Source of the DNA: a virus | Virus record (IMG/VR): IMGVR_UViG_3300029319_000002 | Span: 64,001 to 128,000 of that record | Reading direction: 5' to 3' (one strand) | Length of the DNA stretch: 64,000 nt | Shown here: positions 7,649-19,700 of the stretch, piece after piece | Numbering within the stretch: position 1 is the stretch's first letter | How the letters are laid out: each line of letters starts with the position of its first letter | Made by a program: the position numbers and the translations under genes | The notes under the pieces: model-generated | The model's database searches: none | Told to the model about the DNA's origin: nothing | What the model saw: the letters and a program-made list of their open reading frames with translations, nothing else

Positions 7649-8359
7649 ATGAGTTGTCTTATCGCCAATTTGCCTGCCGTTGAGGTTTGGGTTCGCAAAG
7701 AATATTTAACTGACCATCAATCTGGTCATGGAGAGTTTGTAAAGGGCGTCTGGGTATCAGTTAAGTCGATACCTGGACGTGCTTTTTATTTTGAGACATA
7801 CTTACCAGAGTATGCAGCAATGTATGATAAGCTACCTATCAGTGCTTTTGTATCATCACCAGAGACTCCAAGTCCTGATATGCCATTGAATAACCTACAG
7901 TTCTGGAACTGTATGGATTATGGTGTAGTAGCAGTTACAAAGCAGTTTATTGGTTCAATGACCTACGAGTGTCACACTAGAGATTTCGGAGCACAGAGGG
8001 GCACCTACGTGTGTACCATAGATAATTACCATCGTGATCCAGACTCTGTTGACTATGCTACGAGTGAGAATCCTGCAGAGCATAAATCTCATAACCTAGT
8101 TGAACTTGATAATGGACAATTCTGTCTATATCCAAATAATAGAACTAGAATCTTTGATAATAGTTTGACACCCAAGAATCCAAAGACTCCAGATTTCAAG
8201 GTATCCACTCAATATTATCAAGTTGAAGCAGGTTATGATTTTGATGGATTGGGAACAGAAGAGAACTATTTCTGGAAAACTGCGAAAGAAAGAGAAGAAA
8301 CTAGTGATCCACAATTACTAACTGAAGAGTATGCTGATTGGAATATCTCAGATACCTAA
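7649..8359 (+). CDS. Conserved T4-like marine phage hypothetical protein
   Basis: 236-aa ORF at its usual position before g25. Confidence 0.8.
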   Translation: MSCLIANLPAVEVWVRKEYLTDHQSGHGEFVKGVWVSVKSIPGRAFYFETYLPEYAAMYDKLPISAFVSSPETPSPDMPLNNLQFWNCMDYGVVAVTKQFIGSMTYECHTRDFGAQRGTYVCTIDNYHRDPDSVDYATSENPAEHKSHNLVELDNGQFCLYPNNRTRIFDNSLTPKNPKTPDFKVSTQYYQVEAGYDFDGLGTEENYFWKTAKEREETSDPQLLTEEYADWNISDT

Positions 8360-8365
8360 TAAATA
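8359..8365 (+). promoter_or_regulatory. Late promoter ATAAATA for the baseplate operon
   Basis: Consensus about 25 nt upstream of g25. Confidence 0.6.
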
Positions 8366-8388
8366 CATTAGTAAAACTGTAGATATGA

Positions 8389-8814
8389 ATGCCAGTTCCA
8401 TATCCGACAAAACAATTTAAAGATATTAGTCTCAGTTTTAAAAAACATCCTGTGACTAAAGATATCTTGGTGTTAAAAGATAATGATGCGATAAAAAAAT
8501 CGGTAATGAATATTGTCAGAACTGCCATTGGTGATAGATTTTATGAACCAGCCCTTGGAACACGGATTGGAGGTCTACTATTTTCATTGAGCACCAATTC
8601 ATATGATCAATCTTTATTAAAATCTGAAATATCTACTGCACTTCAGAATTGGGAACCTAGAGTTAGTGTAAACGGAATTGATGTTACTCTACAAACTAGG
8701 TCATCGGAAAATTCTTTTTTCAATGATGAAAACAGTGTTGAGGTGGTTATTGATTATGAGATTATTGGCCAACCAAATATTCCACAACAAATTCAGTTTG
8801 TTTTAGAGAGATAA
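8389..8814 (+). CDS. g25: Baseplate wedge subunit gp25
   Basis: FKDISLSF..HPVTKD, GDRFYEP.LG and WEPRV motifs; synteny. Confidence 0.9.
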   Translation: MPVPYPTKQFKDISLSFKKHPVTKDILVLKDNDAIKKSVMNIVRTAIGDRFYEPALGTRIGGLLFSLSTNSYDQSLLKSEISTALQNWEPRVSVNGIDVTLQTRSSENSFFNDENSVEVVIDYEIIGQPNIPQQIQFVLER

Positions 8815-8815
8815 A

Positions 8816-10705
8816 ATGTCAGCAACTCAGTATTTAAGTTTAGATTTTGATCAAATAAAAGATTCGATCAAGAGTCATCTAAGAGCAAACTCAAATTTTA
8901 CGGATTATGATTTTGAGGGATCAAATCTTTCAATCTTAATTGATATACTTGCATATAATACTTTTATTAACTCATACAACACCAACATGGTGGCAAATGA
9001 GGCATTTTTAGAAACTGCTAGTTTGAGAGAAAATGTTATAACTCATGCCGAAAATATTGGATATGTTCCTAGGTCTTCTAGAGCATCTAGAGCAAAGATA
9101 AGTTTTAGTATAGTTTTTCCAAATGATACAACTGCATCTTTTTTAACTCTTAAAAAAGGTCCAGTTGCAGTTTCAAATATTGTTAATTCTAACTACGTGT
9201 TTTCAGTAGTTGATGATATAACAGCACCGGTTAAAAATTTGGTGGCAGCATTTAATGAAATAGAAATAATTGAAGGTAGTGTAGTTGAGCAATCATTTAC
9301 AGTAGATACTTCATTATCTAATCAAAAGTTTCAGTTAAATAATCCAAAAATTGATACTACAACTATCAGAGTCAAAGTAAAAGAATCTGCAACATCTCAA
9401 ATTTATACTGATTTCAGATTAGTTGAGAATATCATCGGTGAATCTTCTTCAGAACCAATCTTCATTATTAAGGAATCTAAGGATGAAACATATGAACTCA
9501 TCTTTGGTGATGGATTTATCGGTAAAAAACTTGAAAATGGCAATGTTATTGAGGTATCTTACATAGTTTGTAATGAAGATGAAACTAACGGGTTCCAAAA
9601 TTTTATTTTTAACGGAAGACTTGTAGATAGTAACTTGTCATTTATTTCACCCGCAGGCATTAATATAACGGTGAATCAATCATCAATAGGTGGATCTAAG
9701 TTAGAATCAATAAAATCTATTAAAAATTATGCAAGTCGATATCTTGCGACTCAAAATAGAGCAGTGACAACTGCAGATTATGAAACATTAATACCAAAAT
9801 TGTTTTCAAAAGCGGAATCTGCAGTGGCATATGGAGGAGAAACACTAACCCCTCCTCAATACGGAAAAGTTTTTGTATCAATAAAACCAGATAATTCATC
9901 ATTCCTCTCTTTGTTTGATAAAACATTTATTAAAAATGAATTAAAAAAATATTCTCCGGTTGGTATTGATGTAATAATTGAAGATCTAAAATATCTTTAC
10001 ATTGAACTGGATGTAAATGCATATTTTGCGACAAATTTAACATCATCTGCTAGTGATATCAAATCAAAAATATTTACAATGATGTCGGCATTTGCAGATA
10101 GTGAGGATTTGACACGATTTGGGGGAAGATTTAAATATTCAAATTTTGTAAGTGCAGTGGATGATACTGATGTTGCTATTACATCAAACGTAACTAACGT
10201 TATTTTAAGAAGAGATTTAATTCCAGAGATTAATTCTTTCTTCAGTTATGAGTTATGTTATGGAAATACTTTATTTGCACCATTAAATAGTTCATATAAT
10301 ATAAAAAGCACTGGATTTACCATTGATAAGTATACTGATATTGTATACCTAACTGATTTTGCTACTAGTTCTACTACTGGCAGATTATTATTATTCAGAA
10401 TTGATCAAAATGGTGCTCCAGAAGTTCTAGAAAGTAACGTTGGTACAATAAATTATACGACTGGTGAATTGTTTATAGATAGTTTGAATATAACTTCAAC
10501 AACTTTATCAAATGGTGTAATTGAAGTTGAATGTTTACCACAATCATATGATTTAATAGGATTGCGAGATTTATTTTTAAATCTATCTGTATCCAAATCC
10601 ACAGTTACAATGATTAAAGATGATATCTCTTCTGGATCAGACACATCTGGAGTTAATTTTATATCTACTCCTCAGTACAACAAATCAGGATTTTTCAGAA
10701 CATAA
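8816..10705 (+). CDS. g6: Baseplate wedge protein gp6
   Basis: LDFDQIK, NFTDYDFEGSNLSILIDILAYNT and QNRAVTTADY motifs. Confidence 0.92.
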   Translation: MSATQYLSLDFDQIKDSIKSHLRANSNFTDYDFEGSNLSILIDILAYNTFINSYNTNMVANEAFLETASLRENVITHAENIGYVPRSSRASRAKISFSIVFPNDTTASFLTLKKGPVAVSNIVNSNYVFSVVDDITAPVKNLVAAFNEIEIIEGSVVEQSFTVDTSLSNQKFQLNNPKIDTTTIRVKVKESATSQIYTDFRLVENIIGESSSEPIFIIKESKDETYELIFGDGFIGKKLENGNVIEVSYIVCNEDETNGFQNFIFNGRLVDSNLSFISPAGINITVNQSSIGGSKLESIKSIKNYASRYLATQNRAVTTADYETLIPKLFSKAESAVAYGGETLTPPQYGKVFVSIKPDNSSFLSLFDKTFIKNELKKYSPVGIDVIIEDLKYLYIELDVNAYFATNLTSSASDIKSKIFTMMSAFADSEDLTRFGGRFKYSNFVSAVDDTDVAITSNVTNVILRRDLIPEINSFFSYELCYGNTLFAPLNSSYNIKSTGFTIDKYTDIVYLTDFATSSTTGRLLLFRIDQNGAPEVLESNVGTINYTTGELFIDSLNITSTTLSNGVIEVECLPQSYDLIGLRDLFLNLSVSKSTVTMIKDDISSGSDTSGVNFISTPQYNKSGFFRT

Positions 10706-10711
10706 AGTAGA

Positions 10712-13700
10712 ATGTATATCAATCTAGAAGATCGCAAAGTATTAATTGAAGATGTAGTTTCCGGGTTTGTTCCAGATTTTATTCTGGAAGAGAATCCACT
10801 ATTTTTAGAATTTTTAAAATCATATTTTAAATCCAGGGAAGCATTTGGATCTGATATTGATATAATAAGAAACATACTACAATATCAAAAATTAGAAAAA
10901 CTTTTTTCTATTAAAGAAACCACTACATTATCTTCTGATGTCACTGAATTTGCCAATACTATCACAGTAGCATCCACAGAAGGATATCCTTCTAGATTTG
11001 GTTTAGTTCAAATAAATGATGAAATTATAGCATATGAGAGTAAGACTGATACTCAATTCAAAAATTGTTTTAGAGGTTTTAGTGGTGCGACGGAATTAGG
11101 AAAGTATACTGATAGGAACACATATACTTTTAAAAATACAAATGCACAAAGACATTCGTCTGGAGATGTTGTAAAAAATATTAGTATTCTATTTTTAAAA
11201 GAATTTTTATTTTATTTAAAATCAAAGTATTTACCAGGATTTGAAAATGTTGATTTCTATCCAGGAGTTAATGAAGAACTAGTAATTGCTAGCATTAAAG
11301 ATTTTTATTCTTCAAAGGGAACTTTTAATTCATTTGAAATTCTTTTTAGGATTTTATATGGAGCAGATCCAATAGTCTTCTTACCAAAAGAAAAGATTTT
11401 AAAACCCTCAGCATCTGAGTATATCAACGCTACTGAATTAATTGTTGAAGTAAAAAGTGGAGATATTAATAATATTAAAGGATCAACAATTTTTCAAGAA
11501 AGTAATACTATCCTTGATGTAGAAGAATCTGAGGGTGTTGTTTTTGATGTCAATTTCTTAGAATCAATTCAAATACCTGAAAGATTTTTTGAGTCTGGAA
11601 CCTCTTCTCAAAGTGGAAATATTATAACTGTTGTTTCAGCAGATCATGGATTGAGAAATGGGAATTCGGTATATATTAAATTTTCAGAAATTGATGGTGG
11701 AGGCACATCTGAAAGTAAAGTATACACCCAGGTTTTAGTTGTTGATAATGACACTTTTCAGGTTTTTAGTTCTACAAGTAAAATAGTATTAAATCAATCA
11801 GCTAATATTAATACTATTATTGAAAACACTAATGACATATACAAAATAAAATTAAGTAGAGTTGATGGAAAATTTTATTTTGCAGGAAAGACTCTTTTAA
11901 GAAAATTAGTTTCTCCAAACGATACTGCAGTTTTTGTAGACTCTACTGTTGGATTTCCTGAAAGTGGATCAATAGAAATCAATGGGGATACTGTTCAATA
12001 CACTTCAAAATCAATTAATGCATTTAAAGGATGCACCGGAATAGATGTTGCTGCCAACATAGGATCTCAGGTTACTTCTAATTTGACAGTAGTATCTTAT
12101 GAAAACGGTGATAAAGCAAAACCAGTTGTGATGAGAATTGTTGACTCTACTACTAATGAATTATCTAATGATAATATTATTGTAAAAAATAATACTAAAC
12201 TAAAAATAAAAAGTATTGGATCTGTAGAAAGTAACTATATTGCTGATAGTTTCATCCAAAATACTCCAGTAGAGTATGAGGTTGCCGATGTAGATTTAAT
12301 TAGCAATAAATTACTTTTCAAATCTCCTCATAATTTTCTTTCTGGTGATAGAGTAGATATAAAAGATTTTTTTGCAGTCAATGAAAATGGAATAAGAAAT
12401 AAACTTTATTTTACTAACGTTCTTATTACAACAAATATTAATACTCCTAATCAGATAGAAATAACTCAACCAATAAATCCAACATTAGATGGTAAAAAGG
12501 TTGTAGTTTCTAAGTCACTTCAGTTTGGACAAGTTTCCCCAGATTTTCAAAACTTAGATAAAGAACCTGCTAACGTTCAAAGAATTTTAAAAGATAATAA
12601 TAAAAATTATTATGCTGCAACAAGCTCTATTCCAGAGTTTTTAATTTCACTAAATCCAAGATCTAATAGTACAGTAAAAACTTTTACAACATCTGATGGA
12701 AGTTTAGTCTTTGGTTCAGATGATTCTTTAATTTTTAATGTTAATCACAATTATAATTCTGGTGATAAAGTAAAATTTATAATAACAGGATCTCAAAAAT
12801 CTATTGATCAAATTGCATATGTCAAAAAAATTGATCAGCAAACACTAAAATTATCACTATCGGCATCATCAGTAGATTCTAATGATTTTATTGACATTGA
12901 TTCATATAAAACCGATGCTGGTGGGAGTAATTTTACGGTAACTTTAATTAGAAATGAGTTTGCAGATAGAACTACAGAAGATCAGCAACTTATAAGACAG
13001 ATCAGAAGTAATAATAACTTTGGTGAAACTTATGATTTTGATATGAAACCATATCAACCATTTGGTGTTTTGGTTGATGGAGTTGATTTATATCCACCAT
13101 TTACTACAGATGAAATTAATTATGGTAAGATAGAATCAATTACAACATTAGATGGTGGATCAGGATTTGATATTATCAATAAACCAGTAGGAATTTTTAC
13201 CGGAACAACAACCGGAATTGGATGTAGTGTAAAAATATTTGTTGAAGGTGAGATTCAGGATATTTTAGTTACAAACAAAGGAAAAAATATCAAAAATATT
13301 CCTAATATAAAAGTTTTAGGTGGAAATAATTCTGATGTAAAATTGACTCCAGTTTTAGTCGAAGAATTTATTAGTAAAAATTTCTCACCCACAAAAGATG
13401 TAAGTCTAATCAATGATACCATTACATTTTCAGATGGGCATGTATTTGAAACGGGAGATAGAGTAAAATATAATTTAGTTGGAATTGGTACTTCCATTGG
13501 AATTAGTGGTGGAGGATCTTTAGTAAATAACTCGGAATATTTTGTTATTGGTATAAACACCACTACAATTAAATTAGCAAATACTAAATTAGAATCTTTT
13601 AATGGTACTGCTATTAATTTTGGAAATACTTTAGGATCTGGATCACAGAAATTAACATCAGTAGATCCAAAAACAATTTTAGATAGGGTTGATATTACTA

Positions 13701-16700
13701 GTCCCGGTACATTCAAAAATCACGAAATAGCATTTAGCACTATTATTGAAGAGTATCCTCCAACTAAAACTTACTCAAAGATTTTAAAAGGAATAAATCA
13801 AGAATCAGATTATTTTTATTATAGAGATCACGGATTCTCTACTGGTGATTTAATTCAGTATACTTCAGCAAGCACCGTTATTGGTGGTTTAGTAAATAAC
13901 AATTATTATTATATTATAAAACTTGATGAAGATGCATTCAGACTAGCACATGCAGGATCTAATATTGAATCTCTTTCAAAAACAAACTTTGATGATAATT
14001 TATTTGTAAAGATAACTTCAATTCCTGTTTCGACGGGGCATGTATTTAAAATACCTCCAATTACCTTTACCATAGAAGATTCTATGGCAACTGTAGTTCC
14101 AACCATAGAACCAATCATTCGTGGAAAAATTAAGTCTGTCACTTTAGATAGTTTTGGACAACAATATGGATCACAGGTTGTGAACTTAATTAGATCTCCT
14201 AAACTTGAAATCAGTAAAGGAACTGGAGCAATTGTCAATTTAATTATATCTAATGGAAGAATTGATAGTGCTTATGTTGCTAATGGTGGATCTGGATATT
14301 TTAATACACCCAATTTAATTGTAAATCCTGGGAATAGTTCTGGAAAATTTGCAAAGTTATTTGCAAGAGTAAGTAATGGCATCATAACTGCTGTGGATGT
14401 TATTTCTGGAGGATCAAACTACGACAATACATCTAGTGTTACGATAGAAACACCCGGATCTGGAGAAAATTTTGATATTCAACTGCAAAAATGGAAAGTA
14501 AATACCATTGCTAAAAATGTCCTGAATGCAAATGGTGATTTTACTAATAATGAATATTATATTATTCCTGGAAGAGACTCTACAAATCAGATAGTCTCTT
14601 CATATGCTCCTAAAACTCTTAGATCTAAGTTTGGTGATACTGAAAATAGATCCGATTCTGATATTGCAGGTAAATCTTTCCCACACTCAAAAATTGTTGG
14701 GTGGGCTTTTGATGGAAATCCAATTTATGCTCAGTTTGGATATAAAAATGCTACATCTACATCAGAGGGTGTCAAAAGAATAAAGAGTTGTTATACTTTA
14801 ATTCCACCAGACACAATCAATGCAGATCCGAATAGACCTAATATAAATGATTATTTTATTGGATATTTTATTAATGATTATTATTACGATAATCAAATTG
14901 GTGATCTTGATGAATTTAATGGTAGATATTGCATCACTCCAGAATTTCCAGATGGAACTTATGCTTATTTCTCAACAATAGGTGCTAATGGTAAACCTGC
15001 TTTTCCATATGCGATTTATGGATTAAAAGATAGATATTCTTCATTTAATTTAGATTATCTAAAATCTAATCAATCATACCTGCAAGATATACAAGATGAA
15101 TTAGTTACTTGTACTTCCACATATTCTTTTAAAAATGAAATCACTAATTATCCATTTTTAAAGAATGAAATCAATAAAGAATTGTTAGTAGTACAGGATC
15201 AAAACAAATCAATTTTAAAAAATCTTAAAGTAGTTGATGCTGGTAATAATTATAGAGTTGATGATACTGTAGTAGTAGAAAATGATGAAATATTTGGAAA
15301 AAATGCTAAGGGATTGATTACTTCAATTAAGGGAGTAGGAATCAACACAATAACTACAGTAAGAACTGGAATATCAACAGTATTTTTTGACATTAGACCC
15401 AATTTTGTTAGAGCAATTGTTGAAAAACCACATAACTTTGTTGATAGGGATAATGTTAGGGTTATTATTGCTGGAATTAATACAAGCAATTTTACCTTCC
15501 TGAACAATACTTACCCTATTAATGTAGATAAACCAACAACAACTCTTATAGAATCTATTCCAAACGCTGGAGTAACCACAGAATTAAAAATATCTGATAG
15601 TGTTGAATCTCTAGGAATATTTGTAGATGATTTTATTAAAATTGATAATGAGAAAATGAAAGTTCTCAGAGTTGACAATGATTCTAATCAAATTAGAGTT
15701 CAAAGAAATGTTGATGGAACAACGATAGCATCTCATACAGCATTTTCAAACGTAAATATTTTACCATCTACGTTTGATTTTACAACTGGAATTCAAACAA
15801 GTATTTTTACTCAAAAATACAATAAAATTTATTTTAATACATCTAACGTTGGTATAGGATCAACCACAACCACTATGATTGATTTTGTAGGAATACAAAC
15901 TCAAATAAAAGTGCCATTTAAGAGATTATATGCTCCATCTCATAAATTTGAAACAAATCAAGAAGTGACTTATAATTTTGATACTGTAAATGGGATAGGA
16001 TTAACTGTATCGGACACGTCAGATCTATCTCAAACTAGAACTTTGAATAATGGTGATAAATTATTTGTCGTGAAATATGATGATGATTATCTAGGGTTAA
16101 GTAGTGAAAGAGTTCTTCTTGGAGCAGGATATACTGCAATCACATATGATCCGGGATTTTATTTCCCGGTTAGCATGGTTGGAGATCCGTATGATCAATC
16201 ATTAACTTTTAATAAATTGCCTGTTGGTGAAGCATCTGAATTACAAACTACAATTGATACTGCAAAGGTTCATGGACTATCTTTGAATGATAAGATCAAA
16301 TTAAATGTAAAACCAAATTTCGTAAAAGAATATCAATTATTTTTTGATACAAATTACAATTCATTTAAACTTCCTAATTTATTTGTTAACTCTGGATTTT
16401 CTTCTGCACAAAATACAATTACATTTAATAATCATGGACTCAAAACAAATGATAGAGTCATTTACACTGAAGAAACGGGAGATTCATTAGGACCAGATTT
16501 TGTTGATGGGGACTTCTATTTTGTTAAAGTATTCTCTGAAAATACTTTCTCTCTAGGTAATACTAAGAATTCTATTTTAAGGGATGATGTTTTAAATATA
16601 ACTGCAAATAGTGGATCCTATTCCCTGTCACCATTAGATCCAAAAATAACTGCGGTTAGAGGATCTAAAGTAAAATTTGTTGGTGTTGCTACTTTACCGG

Positions 16701-19700
16701 CCTCATTGCAATTCTTTGATGTAAATGAACCTAAGTTAGGTAAAGATATTAACACTTCATCCTTTAGTTTTACAAACGATAGTATAGAGATTGACACTAC
16801 AGATTTACCTTCAGAGATCTTCATTTATCCTAAACAAAATGGATTTTCTCTAGGTAAGTCTGGAGCATCTATAGAAGTAATTGAATCTGTATATAATAAT
16901 GAGTATAAAGTAACTGGAATATCTTCTAATACTCAATTTAATATTGAACTTTTTTCTGATCCTTCCATCTTATCATATGGATCAACAAATTCTTCTCTTG
17001 AATATAGTACAACTTCAAATACTGCTTTGGGTCCTATTAATGACATCAAGATAATTAATCGTGGATCACTATTTTTATTCCCTACAGGCATTGCCACAGT
17101 AAAATCCAAAACTGGAAATAATTCTATTATCAATTATGAACTAGAAAAAAGTGATGAGGGAACAAATGTAACTCGTCTAATAAATTCGATTTATGATTTT
17201 ACATCTGATAAAACATATACATTAAATGCAGATGTTCCTTCAATTGTATCTGTAAGATCTAATAACAAAATCGTAGGAATAAGAGTAACTGATTCTGGTC
17301 GTGGATATATTGAACCTCCTAAAGTTAAGATTTTGAATCAACCAGATATCTATTCAATATCTAATTTATCTGGAAATTCTGTGGGGTCTGTTAATCTAAT
17401 TTCAAAGAATAATGGAATTCTATCAGATTCTGTTACTGTCTTTGCAGATTTTCATACCAATGGTGTACAAGTCACTAGGGTAACAGTAGAAGCAGATAAT
17501 ACCAGTATTAATTTATTCATAAAAGAACCAAATAATGGATTTTCTGAATTTCCATTCGCATTAAATGATGAAATCTATGTTGATGGAATTGTAGCAGAAT
17601 CGGATAGCGGAACTGGATTTAATTCAAGTGATTATGATTTTAGATTCTTTAAAGTAATTGGAATAACAACAACTCCAGGATCTGCTAATGTAAGATATTC
17701 AATTGCAGGGACAGCACAGACTGCAGGAACTTTTGATTCTCTTAAATCTTATGGTAGAGTAATTAAAAAAGAAGATCTTGCAAAATTTGAAGCCTTGTTA
17801 GAGTCTTCAAATTACACTCCCGGTGAAATTATTACCAGCAATAGTGGATTTTCTGGAAAAATTGCTAATGATGGATGGAACTCTAAAAATAAAATTTTAT
17901 CCATAATTGAACAAAATGGTGAATTATCTGTCGGAGATGTATTAACGGGAGCAGAATCTGGTGCAAAATCCATAATTAATTCTACAACCGATTACCAGTC
18001 AACTATAGTTAGAAACTCATTATCAAAAAATGAAATTGATGTCGAAGATGGAATAGGTAATTTAAATGAGGAGGATCAAGTTCTTCCCGATAACTTCTAC
18101 CATCAATCTTTTGCATATGATATTATTTCTGATGTATCTCTAGACAAATGGGAAAGTACGGTAAGTAGTATTAATCATATTTCAGGATTTGAAAAATTCG
18201 GAACTTTTGTTGTAAATAATGACGTTGGTATAGGAGTTAGTTTTGGTGAGGGAAGCGCACAATCTAGTATTGTTGTCGTAAATGAATTAGTTAATCTTAA
18301 TACAACATATCAATTTGATTTAGCAAGTGAAAATATTATAGACACAGGACTATTTTCATTATCCAACGAAATTGCATTTAATTCTAGGAGAATAACAGAT
18401 AGTATCGAAGCAAAAACTAATCGTGCTGTACTGATTGATGATATATCACCAAATTTTACAGGTGAGTATGATGCAGATGATGGAGGACAATTTGTTGGTG
18501 TAACTTCATTTAGACTGACTACTAGTGAAACTGGAATTACTACATCGTTATTCGTCAAATATTTTGATTCTGCTGCAACTACTGTTGTTAGTGTTAGTGA
18601 TGATAAGATTACTATTCCATCTCATAACTTTAGTACAGGTGAACTTCTTGAATATAGTGTAGAAGGTGGAACACTTATTTCTATCGGTTCTACTGATAAA
18701 ACTCTAGCAGGAGTTACAACTACTAAATTACCAAGTCAAGTATTTGCTATTAGAATTGATGATGATAATATCAGACTTGCAGGTTTATCATCTGATGCTA
18801 AGAGTCAAAGATATTTTGATATTAGTGCTGTTGGATCTGGATTACAAAAACTTACATCTACAACTCAAAATACTAGATGTATGCTTCTAATTGATGGTAT
18901 TATTCAGAGTCCATTATCAACATCAGACATCAGTGCATCTATAGCAGGTTTTGTTACATCTAGTACAGAAACTTCTATTCCTTTAGTTGGAATTACATCT
19001 ATTAACACTAATAGTTTGATTCAGATTGAGGATGAAATAATCCGAGTAGATGTTGTGGGGTCTAACACTGTACAGAACTTGCTTACGTACAGTGAGCGTC
19101 TTGATGAGTGGACAGCTGGTAATAATACAACGGTGACTCCTAATGCAGTTACTGCACCTGACGGGACCCGTACCGCTGATCGTGTTTACAACCTAAACGC
19201 AGGTTCAACTTTTGTAGGTATTGGAACAATCGATATTGGTACTACTTACACAGCTTCTGTGTATGCAAAAGCAGTGACATCTGGGACCAACAATAAGTTT
19301 ACTTTTAACATAGGTGGGGGTGTAGACAATGCTTCATCTCAGTTCACTACGACTGATGAATGGCAGAGGTTTACTTTTACACATACGCCCACATCAGTGT
19401 CAGCTGCGCCAACTAACAGGCTATATATCAATAACGAAGGTGACGGTTTTGTCTCTGACATCTACGTTTGGGGAGCCCAACTTGAAGAATCTTCAACTGC
19501 AAGTAGATACATTCAGTCCGTAGAATCTTTTGTTTCCCGTGCATCTACTGCAACGTATGTGGATGATACGACTGGGTTGGTCACTACTGCTGCTGTAGAT
19601 ACTGCACGTTACGAGGATGGTAAACTGATTCTAGAAGATGCTAGTACGAACTATGCTCTAAATTCTGACTCTGCCCTAGGGAGCACAATAGGATCAACTC